From positions 592,988-656,987 of the forward strand of contig CAWAMB010000004.1 of assembly GCA_963783055.1 (NCBI GenBank): DNA of 64,000 nucleotides, in the 5' to 3' direction. Origin of the DNA: an uncultured Chloroflexia bacterium. Lineage in GTDB: Bacteria > Chloroflexota > Limnocylindria > Limnocylindrales > CSP1-4. This document shows positions 19,359 to 28,345 of the stretch, piece after piece. Positions within the stretch are counted from its first letter, which is position 1. Each line of letters begins with the position of its first letter. Both the position numbers and the translations under genes were made by a program. The notes beneath the pieces were generated by a model, which was not told the origin of the DNA, made no database searches, and saw nothing but the letters and a program-made list of their open reading frames with translations.

Positions 19359-20435
19359 CTACGGCGCCGCCGTCCAGTCGGGGATCCCGCCCGGCGCCAG
19401 CGTCATCTCCGGCGCCCGCATCTCGACCCGGCCGGTGCCGTCCGTGCGAACGACGAACAGCGTGTGGCCCGAGATGAGCAGGTGGCGGCTGTCCGGCGAC
19501 CAGGCCATGAACTGGCCGATCTCCGGGCTGACCCGACGCTGGTTGCCGCCGTCCACGTCCATGATCCAGACGTCGTGATGCTCGCCCGGCTCGTCGCTCC
19601 GCCAGCAGTCGACGGTCGGCCCAACCCGCGCGCAGTCGTCACGCTCCGACGAGAAGGCAATGGACTTGCCGTCGGGCGACCAGACCGGCCAGGTGTCGTC
19701 GCCCGAGCTGTTCGTGAGCTGCCGCGTGGTCCCGGTCGCGAGCTCGACCGTGTAGACCTCGTAGTCGGATTCGGCGTGGCCGGTGAAGACCATCGATCGG
19801 CCGTCGGGCGAGAACGACGGGTATTCGAACCAGCCATCCGCCTGGATCTGGTGGAGGTCCGACCCGTCGGGACGGACGAGATAGCCCCGCAACGGCCCGC
19901 CATCGCGGTCCGAGTTGAACGCGATCCAGCGACCATCTGCCGACCAGTCCGCTCCCCAGTCGTTGGCCCCGGGAAACTTCGACAGGTTCCGCACGTGGGT
20001 CCCATCGGCGGCGGCGATGTAGACCTCGTCGTCGTCGTTGATCCCGCGCCGCGAGTCGCGATAGACGATCGATTTCCCATCGGGCGACCACGCGCCGTCG
20101 AACTCCGCGCCCGGCCGCCGGGTGAGCGCGCGGTATCCCGAGCCGTCCGCGTTCATCGTGAAGACGTCCTCGAAGTCGTCGAACACGACCTTGCCCGTCA
20201 GCGATGCCAGCTCGATCGGCTCCCCCACAAGGACCGCGTCCGTGCCTCGACCCTCGACCCGTGTCGTGACGCTGGCGGTCGGACGCGACGCGACCGGCGA
20301 CGCCGCCCCCGTCGCCGTCGCTGGCGCGTTCGTTGATGGTCCGCCGGTCAGTCGTGGAGCCGCGTCGCAGGCGGCCACGACCAGCAGCGAGCCTGCGAGG
20401 AGCAGCCGGCCGACCAGGCTGGCCTTCGGTGTCAC
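19359..20435 (-). CDS. TolB-like PD40 beta-propeller lipoprotein
   Basis: Multiple WSPDG/FSPDG PD40 repeats; probable GTG start giving a signal peptide plus lipobox (LLLAGSLLVVAAC). Confidence 0.75.
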   Translation of the reverse strand: MTPKASLVGRLLLAGSLLVVAACDAAPRLTGGPSTNAPATATGAASPVASRPTASVTTRVEGRGTDAVLVGEPIELASLTGKVVFDDFEDVFTMNADGSGYRALTRRPGAEFDGAWSPDGKSIVYRDSRRGINDDDEVYIAAADGTHVRNLSKFPGANDWGADWSADGRWIAFNSDRDGGPLRGYLVRPDGSDLHQIQADGWFEYPSFSPDGRSMVFTGHAESDYEVYTVELATGTTRQLTNSSGDDTWPVWSPDGKSIAFSSERDDCARVGPTVDCWRSDEPGEHHDVWIMDVDGGNQRRVSPEIGQFMAWSPDSRHLLISGHTLFVVRTDGTGRVEMRAPEMTLAPGGIPDWTAAP

Positions 20436-20684
20436 GGCACGTCTACTCCGGGCGCGCGAAATCGGTTCCCCGGCGACCCAGTCCGGCAGCCGACGTTGCC
20501 GCCAGCCCGATCTGGTGCCATGATCGCCGTGGCGTCCCGCCCGACGCCCAAGCTCCGGCTGGGTCCCTGCGCGACCCACTCGAGGAGCCAAAGGGGATCG
20601 ATGTCTTCCGGGTGGACCTGACGGTCACGGAACCTGAGGGTCGTTGCACGATGCGCAGGGTCAGCGACGGCCGGAGGTTCTTCG

Positions 20685-21662
20685 ATGACTGAGCGGAAGC
20701 ATCTCAAGGCGCTCATCCGGGCCCGGATGGCGCGCACGGGCGAGTCCTATGCCACGGCTCGCAGCCACATCGTCCGACCCGAGGTGGCCCTGAGCCTGAC
20801 GGCAACCACCGAGTTCCGGGCGCACGACAAGCACTGCATGACGGCCGTCTTCACCCCGGACGGCCGGCAGATCGTGAGCGGTGGCTTCGGCGGACAGGCG
20901 CGCATCTGGGGGCTGGACGGGAGCCCGGCCGGCGAGCTCGTCGGTCATGCGGCGGCCATCAGCGTAATCCGGATCTCGCCGAACGGAGCGACCGCCGTGA
21001 CGGCCTCCTCCGACAAGACCGTCCGGGTCTGGGATCTCCCGGCGCGACGGCAGCGCGCCGTCCTGGGGCCGCATCGGAAGCAGGTCCTCGCTCTCGATCT
21101 GGACGCCGCGCGCGACCGGGTCTGGAGCGGCGACCACGACGGCCGGTTGAACCTCTGGACGCTGTCGACCGAGCGGCGCGAGGCGCAGCTCGACCTGGGA
21201 GCGAGCGTGTCGTCGGTCGCCGTGCGATCGCACGACGGCGTGGTAGCGGCCGCGACCGGCGGCGCGGGGATCGCGATCGTTGGCCCCGACGGACAGGAGA
21301 TCGTTCGCCTCGCCAAGGACCGCGGCGTGCTGGCCGCGGTGACGTGGTCGCGGGACGGCACGTTCCTCCTTGGCTCCACGCAGCTCGGCGCGACGGTCTG
21401 GGCCGCCGACGATTGGGAAGCCGTGCGGTCGCTGGACACCGGACCCGGCAGCATGTTGCCGGTGGCGCTCAGCCCGGACGGCAGCCGGATCGCGCTCGGC
21501 TGGGATCATCACGTGGGCCTCTGGAGCGCCGACGAGAACCAACCGGGCGTCACGGTCGACGGACTGCCCAAGGGCGTCTACGGGCTCTCGTTCTCGCCCG
21601 ACGGGCGCCTGCTGGCCGGCGCGGCCGCGGACGGTCGCGTCCGGATCTGGTCCGTCACCTAG
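20685..21662 (+). CDS. WD40-repeat protein
   Basis: 325 aa; about 7 WD repeats (VRVWD, LNLW, VRIWS) after a 35-aa N-terminal basic helix. Confidence 0.75.
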   Translation: MTERKHLKALIRARMARTGESYATARSHIVRPEVALSLTATTEFRAHDKHCMTAVFTPDGRQIVSGGFGGQARIWGLDGSPAGELVGHAAAISVIRISPNGATAVTASSDKTVRVWDLPARRQRAVLGPHRKQVLALDLDAARDRVWSGDHDGRLNLWTLSTERREAQLDLGASVSSVAVRSHDGVVAAATGGAGIAIVGPDGQEIVRLAKDRGVLAAVTWSRDGTFLLGSTQLGATVWAADDWEAVRSLDTGPGSMLPVALSPDGSRIALGWDHHVGLWSADENQPGVTVDGLPKGVYGLSFSPDGRLLAGAAADGRVRIWSVT

Positions 21663-21731
21663 GACCGACTGGAGCACCGAGGCGGGCCGGCGTCGGCTTC
21701 ACGACGTCGCGCCCGCCGCTGCTCCGGCCGG

Positions 21732-22445
21732 TCAGCCGCCCTGCTTGAGGGCCGCCAGCCGGGAGTCGACCTCGAGATCGTCGGCCGCATCGTCGAGGCT
21801 CTCGAACTGGGCGTCGAGGGAGCTGGCCGCAACTTCGGTCATCCCCGTGGCCCGCGCCTCCTCGTGTCGGATCCGCTCCTCGAAGCGGGCGACCTCGCTC
21901 GTCGGGTCCATGACGTTGACGCTCTTGAGCGACTGCTGGACCTGGACCTGGGCCTGGGCCATCTTCGCCCGGGCGATCAGCTGGTCCTTCTTCTGGACGA
22001 GCTCCTCGCGCTTCTCGCGCATGACATTCAGGCCGTTCTTGAGCTGCTCGACGAGCGCGGTCTGCTGCTCGATCTGGGGCCCGAACGCCTTGACCTGCTC
22101 CTCGAAGCCGATCTGGCGCTTCAGGGCGATCCGGGCGAGCCCGTCGAACCGGTCGGCGTCGGCGGCGTTCCCGGCGGCCCGCATCTCGTCGGCCTTGCGC
22201 GAGGCAGCGGACGCCTTCTGGCCCCACTCGCTCGCGGCCTCGCCGGCCTCCTTGGCGTCGTCCTCCTGGAGGCGGAGGTTGCCGATCGTCTGGGCGACGG
22301 CCTCCTCGGCCTCGCGGATGCTGTCGGTGTAGTCGCGGACCATCTGCTCGAGCATCCGCTCGGGGTCCTCGGCGCTGTCGAGCAGGGCGTTGATGTTGGC
22401 GCGGACGAGCTGGCCGACGCGTCCGAGGATCGAGGATTGGGCCAT
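21732..22445 (-). CDS. pspA: PspA/IM30 family protein
   Basis: Start at Met27 of the listed ORF (MAQSSILGRVGQLVRANINALLDSAEDPERMLEQMVRDY...), the canonical PspA N-terminus; coiled-coil throughout. Confidence 0.85.
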   Translation of the reverse strand: MAQSSILGRVGQLVRANINALLDSAEDPERMLEQMVRDYTDSIREAEEAVAQTIGNLRLQEDDAKEAGEAASEWGQKASAASRKADEMRAAGNAADADRFDGLARIALKRQIGFEEQVKAFGPQIEQQTALVEQLKNGLNVMREKREELVQKKDQLIARAKMAQAQVQVQQSLKSVNVMDPTSEVARFEERIRHEEARATGMTEVAASSLDAQFESLDDAADDLEVDSRLAALKQGG

Positions 22446-22519
22446 GGTGGCGTTCCCTCCGTGCGACTGATGGCGAGGTCCGGGCCGGGCGGGGATCCCG
22501 GCCGATCGGTGTCGGATTC

Positions 22520-24709
22520 TCATCGTACTGCGGTCCGGCTCAGGGGCCGTCTTCGGGGTCCGCCGCGCGACCCGTTACCAGCGGCCGCCGCCGGACGAAC
22601 CCCGCCGCCGCCTCCACCGCCCGAGCCGCCGAACCCTCCAAAGCCGCCGCCTCCACCGCCGAACCCGCCGAACCCGCCCCCGTCACCAAAGCCCCCGCCG
22701 CCCCCGAATCCACCGCCGCGCCGCCCGCCGCCCGACAGGATTCCGCCGATGATCCCGCCGAGGATGGCGCCGGCCACGTCTCCGCCGCTGCTCCCGCTGC
22801 CGCCACCGGTGGGGCCGCCACCGCGCGGACCGCCGAGCCCGCGGAACGGGTCGTCCCACTGGTCGTAGGCGCGCTGGGCCAGCGCCTCGGCCTGGAGCGC
22901 GAGCTGCGTCGAACGCTCGGCCGTCGACATTGCGCCCGCCGGGTCGGTCGCCTGGAGCTCCTGCGCGACGCCCAGCAGCCGGTCGGCCTCGGCCAGGCGG
23001 GTCCGTGCCTCGGTCCCGATCCCGCCGCGGTGGCCGCCGATGTAGTCGGCGGCGCGCGTCACCGTCAGCTGGGCCGTCCGGATGGCGGCGTCGAGGCGGG
23101 CGGCCGCGCGTGCCGCCTGTTCCTGCGCGGTCCGGACCCCGGCCTCGATGTCGTCCGCGAGCTGGTTGGCCCGACGAGCCAGGTCGTACGCGCCGGTCAC
23201 GTCGGGCTTCGGGAGGCCGATTGCGACCCGGGCCTGATCGAGCAGGTCGCGGGCCTCGGCCAGCCGACGGTCCACGTTCGGGTCGTCGGGAGCGGCGATG
23301 GCGGCGGCCGTCGCGGCGCCGAGGTCGGTCGCGGCCGCCTCGATCTCGGCGTCGACCTTCGACCGCGTCTGCTCGAGCTCGACGGCCAGTCGTTCGATCG
23401 CGTCGAGGAACGCCGCGCCCTGGGCAAGGCCGTCCTCGCCGAGTCGGGCGGCGTGGGCCGCGATCCCGGGCGACCCGGCGGCGAGCGCTTTCGTCCCTTC
23501 GGCGGCTGCGGTCCGCACCGCGGCTACCCGTGTCCGGGTGTTGTCGACATTGGCCGCGACGGCCTTCCAGTCGCTGTCGGCGTATTCCGCGAGGCCGGCC
23601 AACGTGGACTCGGCAAGCGGGAGCCGGGCCTCGAGCGCGTCGGCCTTGGCAGGCAGCGCCGCGAGGATCGTCGGCGCCTCCTTCTCGAGGGCTCGGAGCT
23701 CGGCGAATCGTTGGCTCTCGGCATCGAGCCGGCCCTGCGCCTTGCGGCTTGCGACGACGAGGTCGATGAGCATCTGGCGCCGTTCCGGAGGCTGCTCCGG
23801 CGTCGAATCGTCGAGCCGCTGGCGGATCGTGAAGGCGCCCTTGAGATCGTCCCTGGCCGCGGCGATCGCGGCCACGAACGGCGCCGCGGCGGCATCACCG
23901 AACTGGGCCTGGGCGAACCCGAGCTCCTGCTCCGAGTCGCGGATCGCGTCGTCCGTCTCGACGAGGCTCCGGTTGGCGAGCTCCTCGAGGTCGGGCTGGC
24001 TGAGGGCGGCCAGGTCGCCGTTCGGCCCGGCGTCGGCGGCGGCGGCGGGTCGCGGAGCCTGGCGGCGGCGCAGCCACCAGAAGCCGCCACCGATGACGGC
24101 CAGCGCGCCGCCCACGAGGATGATCGTTCCGAGGCCGGAGCCTCGATCGGGTTCGATCGGGATCGGCGGTTCGCCGGGCGGCGGGACGACGACGCCGGTG
24201 TCCGGGGTCGGCTCCGGTGTCGGCGGGGCGGTCATGACCGCCTGCAGGCCGCTCGCCGTGTTCGCGATGGCCGAGCCGTAGGTCTCCGTCCGCAGCCCGG
24301 GCTCGAGGTCCTCCGACAGCACCTGGTCGAGGCTGCCGTCCTCGATCGGCACGTTGTCGCCCTTCCACCAGCCATACGCCCGATCCTCGAGGGCGATGAC
24401 GAGGAGTAGATCGGTCGACCCGAGGTCGCTCTGCTGGGCCGTCTCCGTCGCGAACTCGCTGGGATCCCGGTCACCGAGCGTGTCCGTGAACCAGACCCAC
24501 AGCTGGGTGCCGGTCGTCGTCTGGAGCTCCTCGATCCGGGACTGCATCGCTGCCGTCGCCCCGACGAGCGCGCCGACATCGTCGGTGATCGGGCCGGCCA
24601 GGCGCTGCGGGCTCGCGGCCACGACCGAGCCGGCGATCGCGAGGATGCCGATCCACGCCACGAGCCCGGCGGCGCGTGCTCGTCGGGCGATCCTGGTTCG
24701 GGGCGGCAT
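22520..24709 (-). CDS. TPM-domain (YgcG-like) membrane protein with long Ala-rich coiled-coil and Gly-rich tail
   Basis: Real start at Met175 of the 903-aa ORF (MPPRTRIARR..), followed by a TM/signal, a TPM domain (LLLVIALEDRAYGWWKGDNV), a TM helix (LGTIILVGGALAVIGGGFWWLRRR), about 450 aa of Ala-rich coiled coil, and a GGGFGG-repeat tail. The upstream 174 codons of the ORF overlap the divergent lipoprotein gene and are not coding-like. Confidence 0.75.
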   Translation of the reverse strand: MPPRTRIARRARAAGLVAWIGILAIAGSVVAASPQRLAGPITDDVGALVGATAAMQSRIEELQTTTGTQLWVWFTDTLGDRDPSEFATETAQQSDLGSTDLLLVIALEDRAYGWWKGDNVPIEDGSLDQVLSEDLEPGLRTETYGSAIANTASGLQAVMTAPPTPEPTPDTGVVVPPPGEPPIPIEPDRGSGLGTIILVGGALAVIGGGFWWLRRRQAPRPAAAADAGPNGDLAALSQPDLEELANRSLVETDDAIRDSEQELGFAQAQFGDAAAAPFVAAIAAARDDLKGAFTIRQRLDDSTPEQPPERRQMLIDLVVASRKAQGRLDAESQRFAELRALEKEAPTILAALPAKADALEARLPLAESTLAGLAEYADSDWKAVAANVDNTRTRVAAVRTAAAEGTKALAAGSPGIAAHAARLGEDGLAQGAAFLDAIERLAVELEQTRSKVDAEIEAAATDLGAATAAAIAAPDDPNVDRRLAEARDLLDQARVAIGLPKPDVTGAYDLARRANQLADDIEAGVRTAQEQAARAAARLDAAIRTAQLTVTRAADYIGGHRGGIGTEARTRLAEADRLLGVAQELQATDPAGAMSTAERSTQLALQAEALAQRAYDQWDDPFRGLGGPRGGGPTGGGSGSSGGDVAGAILGGIIGGILSGGGRRGGGFGGGGGFGDGGGFGGFGGGGGGFGGFGGSGGGGGGGVRPAAAAGNGSRGGPRRRPLSRTAVR

Positions 24710-24857
24710 CGCGAACGGCACGTCCAGCTCCTCGAGGGGAGCTTCCTCGGCTCCGGCCCAGCCATTGTCGCCCGAACGCCGCGGCGGCGTCCCCGAGCGG
24801 GTGGCCCGCACGGCCTTGCTATCCTCGGGCCCACCGTTCCCTCGTGCCAGGGTCCCG

Positions 24858-25673
24858 ATGCTTCCACGCCTCTCGCTCGTCCGGCGCATCCCGCTGCTCG
24901 CCGTCGTCGCGGTGACGGTCCTCGCGGTGATCCTCGCCGGCTGCGACGTGATGACCCTCACGCCGACGCCGCGACCTTCGCGCTTCGTGTCCACGCCGGA
25001 GCCTGATCCGGAGCCGACCCCGACGGAGCTCGACGAGGCGCCAACGCTCCGCCCGGATCCCTCCGGGACGCGGCCGGACCTGGTCGATGCCGCCAACGGG
25101 CTGGCCGACCTCGACTCGTACCGCGTCGCGCTCGTCAGCCGCGGCCTCGTCCCGGCGACGCCCGCGAACGGCCAGGTGACGATGACCTCGACCCTCATCC
25201 AGGGCGACGAGCCGGCGGCCCAGTTCAGCATGACCGGCGTCGATGGCTACAGCGGCGGCCGGCTCCAGGCGATCGTCATCGGCGACGAGGCGTGGCTGAG
25301 GGAGGGCGGCGGAAGCTGGGTCAAGAGCCCGGGCGGCGCGGCCGACTTCGATGCCGCGTTCACGACGCTGTCGCCGATCGAGCTCGTGGGCGAGTTCGAG
25401 GGTCTCGGCGGGGCGATCCGCCGGACAGGGATCGAGACCCGCAACGGGCGCCGGACGATCCACTACCACGCGGATGCCGGCGACGCGGTCGCCAAGGAGG
25501 CCGGACTCTCCAAGGGGACGGTCGACGCCTGGTTCGCCGCGAGCGGCGGCTACCTCGTCGGGTTCGAGATCGACGGGACGTGGGACCTCGCCGGGACGCC
25601 GAAGCCGGTCAGCCTGCGGATCGACGTGACGCGGGTGAACGACCGCGCGAACGTGGTCACGCCACCTGGCTGA
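24858..25673 (+). CDS. lipoprotein, unknown function
   Basis: Start at MLPRLSLVRRIPLLAVVAVTVLAVILAGC (signal plus lipobox); Pro/Thr linker then globular domain; divergent from the TPM gene (148-bp gap). Confidence 0.65.
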   Translation: MLPRLSLVRRIPLLAVVAVTVLAVILAGCDVMTLTPTPRPSRFVSTPEPDPEPTPTELDEAPTLRPDPSGTRPDLVDAANGLADLDSYRVALVSRGLVPATPANGQVTMTSTLIQGDEPAAQFSMTGVDGYSGGRLQAIVIGDEAWLREGGGSWVKSPGGAADFDAAFTTLSPIELVGEFEGLGGAIRRTGIETRNGRRTIHYHADAGDAVAKEAGLSKGTVDAWFAASGGYLVGFEIDGTWDLAGTPKPVSLRIDVTRVNDRANVVTPPG

Positions 25674-25753
25674 CGCGCCGCGAGGCACACCGGCCAGTCC
25701 CACTGCGGAACCGTTACTCGCCCGTAACGGCCCGCGCGAGGGTCCCTGCTATC

Positions 25754-26564
25754 GTGCCCAGCGTGAAGTCAGGAGCGCCGCGACACGCCCCGCCGATCGA
25801 GACGCCGGAGACGCGGCCGATCAATTCGACGTGGCTCGGACGCGCTGACTACCGCTCGGTCTGGGAGCTCCAGAAGCGTCTCGCCGCGGCCCGCGCCAAC
25901 GACGAGATTCCCGACCGCCTCCTTCTGGTCGAGCATCCCGCGGTCCTGACCCTCGGCCGCCAATCCGACGAGAGCCATGTCCTCGCGTCGCCCGAGGAGC
26001 TCGCCCGGCGTGGCATCGAGGTCATCCGGGTCGAGCGCGGCGGCGAGGTCACGTACCACGGCCCCGGCCAGCTCGTCGCGTACCCGATCATCGGCCTCGG
26101 CCGGCGCGGCCTCCTCGCTCCGGCCGTTCGTTCGCGCACTCGAGGACGCGATGATCGCGACCTGTGCCGCCTTCGCCGTCGTCGCCGATCGGCGTGACGG
26201 CCACCCGGGCTCGTGGGTCGCCATCGATGGCCCCGCTCCCCGCAAGATCGGAGCGCTCGGGATCCGGGTCGAGCGCGGCGTGAGCTACCACGGGATCGCC
26301 CTCAACGTCGATCCCGACCTGCGCGACTTCGACCTGATCGACCCATGCGGCATGCCGGGTGTCGCCTCGACCTCGATCGCGGTCGAGGCCGGCCGAGCCG
26401 GGCAGCTGGCGACGACCGCGACGATCAAGCACGCGGCCGCGATCTTCGCCCAGGCGTTCGCGTCCAGGATCGGCGCGACGCTCCATGGCCACGGCGCCGA
26501 CTCGATCAACTCTCGGGGCGCCACGAGCGCAGCCCCCGCGGCCACCGTCGTGGCGGCTCGCTGA
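25754..26564 (+). CDS. lipB: lipoyl(octanoyl) transferase LipB, interrupted by a +1 frameshift near 26112
   Basis: The N-terminal half (LVEHPAVLTLGR, GGEVTYHGPGQLVAYPII) is in the frame of ORF 25292-26197. The C-terminal half (KIGALGIRVERGVSYHGIALNV, PCGM) is in the frame of ORF 25977-26564. The junction at ggcctcctcgctccggcc implies a 1-bp insertion. Confidence 0.7.
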
Positions 26565-26565
26565 G

Positions 26566-27573
26566 GTGGCCGCCGGTCTGTTCGAGATGCGCAAGGACGC
26601 GATCACCGGCTGGTGGGTCGCAACGGTGGTCGATCGCGCCTTTCATCGCGACCGGTTCGCCCGCGCCGCCGATCAGATCGACGACGGGGGGGACTGCCAG
26701 AACTGCCGGCTGCCGGCCGGGGACGGCGTCCGGCTCCGGACCCTCAAGGACTACGCGTTCCACGTGGTCGGCACGGACGAGCAGGCTCGCGAGCTCGTCG
26801 AGAGCGTCGCCCAGGTGTCGCTCACGGACGCCCGCGCGAGCGGCTCGTGGCGGACGATCGTCGCGCCACCGGGCGAGCACCGCGCGCTCCACGCGGTCGG
26901 GATGGACACGATCGTCGCGCTCCTGACCTGCGCCAGGACCGCCCTCGTCGACGCGCGCAAGGCGGCCCAGACCGACCATCTCCAGGTCGTCCAGAACTGG
27001 GGCGGCCAGGCCGGCGCCCGGACCAACCACCTGTGCCTCGATCTCTACGACCTGCCCCAGATCCCGCACCGGATCGCGGAGGAGCTCGGGGGCGCCGCCC
27101 GCTTCGTGATCCGGGAAGGCGAGTGCCCGTGGTGCCGCCTCGTTCGCGACGAGCCACGCCGCCCCGACCGTCTGATCTGGCAGGACAACGACACCGTCGC
27201 GTTTGCGCCGTTCGCCTCGCGCTCGCCGTTCGAGGTCTGGATCGTCCCGCGCCATCACGAGGCCGATTTCGGCCGGACCTCCGACGCCGGTGTCGCCGCC
27301 ACCGCCGAGGCGCTGCGCCAGGTGCTCGGGTCGCTGTCGGTCACTCTCGACGGCCCGCCCTACAACCTCGTCCTCCACACGTCGCCGCTGCGCGAGCAGG
27401 TCGATGCGACGTATCACTGGCACTGGGAGATCCACCCCCGGCTTCGGGAGATCGCCGGCCTCGAGCTCGGCACCGGCCTGCCGGTGAATCCGGTCTCGCC
27501 CGAGGATGCCGTCGAGGAGCTCCTCGCGCGAGCCAGGCGAGAGGTGTCGTCGCGCGCGGGGGCCTCGGGCTGA
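26566..27573 (+). CDS. HIT-superfamily nucleotidyltransferase, GalT/Apa2-like (annotated in relatives as galactose-1-phosphate uridylyltransferase-like)
   Basis: GTG 2 nt after the lipB stop (or ATG at 26587); CPWC zinc-knuckle-like motif and H-W-H-W-E-I-H HIT-like histidine motif. Confidence 0.5.
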   Translation: MAAGLFEMRKDAITGWWVATVVDRAFHRDRFARAADQIDDGGDCQNCRLPAGDGVRLRTLKDYAFHVVGTDEQARELVESVAQVSLTDARASGSWRTIVAPPGEHRALHAVGMDTIVALLTCARTALVDARKAAQTDHLQVVQNWGGQAGARTNHLCLDLYDLPQIPHRIAEELGGAARFVIREGECPWCRLVRDEPRRPDRLIWQDNDTVAFAPFASRSPFEVWIVPRHHEADFGRTSDAGVAATAEALRQVLGSLSVTLDGPPYNLVLHTSPLREQVDATYHWHWEIHPRLREIAGLELGTGLPVNPVSPEDAVEELLARARREVSSRAGASG

Positions 27574-27694
27574 TGTGGGCCGCGCCGCTGGGAGGACGGC
27601 GTCACACAACCACGAAGCGCCTCGTCTCTGGGCCACGAAGCAATCAGCCCCACTTCCACGCTTCGGACCCGTCACGACGTCACGCGGAGGATTC

Positions 27695-28345
27695 ATGGTC
27701 GGCGCGCTCGACAACCGGATCGGCCTCGCCCGAGGCTTCGGTGGGGGAGCGACCATGACCGGCGCCTGGGAGCAGGACGCCGCGGCAGGATTCGTCGAGG
27801 ACCTCTTCGCGAACCACCACGGCGAGATCTACGCCTACCTGATCCGGATGCTGCGCGACCCCGAGCTGGCCGCCGATCTGACCCAGGACGCGTTCATCAA
27901 GGCCTACCGCAACTACAACGTCCTCGAGAAGCCGGAGAACGCGCGCGCCTGGCTGTACCAGATCGCCCACCGCGTCGCGCTCGACCACATCCGGCGCCAG
28001 AAGATCGTCCGCTTCATGCCCTGGACCGGCGAGAGCCACGGCGCCGCGCCGTCGACCGAGCGCCTCGTCATGGACGCCCATCTCTCTGGCGACCTCCAGC
28101 GAGCTCTCGCGAAGATCCCCGAGCGGCAGCGGGCCGCCCTTCTCCTGGCCGAGATCCACGATCTCACCGGGCTCGAGCTGGCCGCGGCTCTCGGCGTCAG
28201 CCACGTTGCCGCCCGAGCCCTCCTGACCCGCGCCCGCGAGAGCCTCCGTCAGGCCCTCGCGGTCGAACGCCAGGCCGATTCGGACGCGGAGGCCGCGGCC
28301 GATGCTGCCTCGGCCACCGACCCGCGCTCCGGGACGACCCGATGA
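27695..28345 (+). CDS. ECF (sigma-70 family) RNA polymerase sigma factor
   Basis: Start at Met64 of the listed ORF with GGAGGA RBS 4 nt upstream (alternative start 27755); region 2 (DLTQDAFIKAY) and region 4 (LLLAEIHDLTGLELAAALGVS). Confidence 0.8.
   Translation: MVGALDNRIGLARGFGGGATMTGAWEQDAAAGFVEDLFANHHGEIYAYLIRMLRDPELAADLTQDAFIKAYRNYNVLEKPENARAWLYQIAHRVALDHIRRQKIVRFMPWTGESHGAAPSTERLVMDAHLSGDLQRALAKIPERQRAALLLAEIHDLTGLELAAALGVSHVAARALLTRARESLRQALAVERQADSDAEAAADAASATDPRSGTTR

Noticed and set aside
24710-25231. Upstream 174 codons of the TPM-protein ORF
   Set aside because: Ser/Gly/Arg-rich and overlapping the divergent lipoprotein gene, which has a clear signal peptide; the Met175 start gives a sensible architecture.
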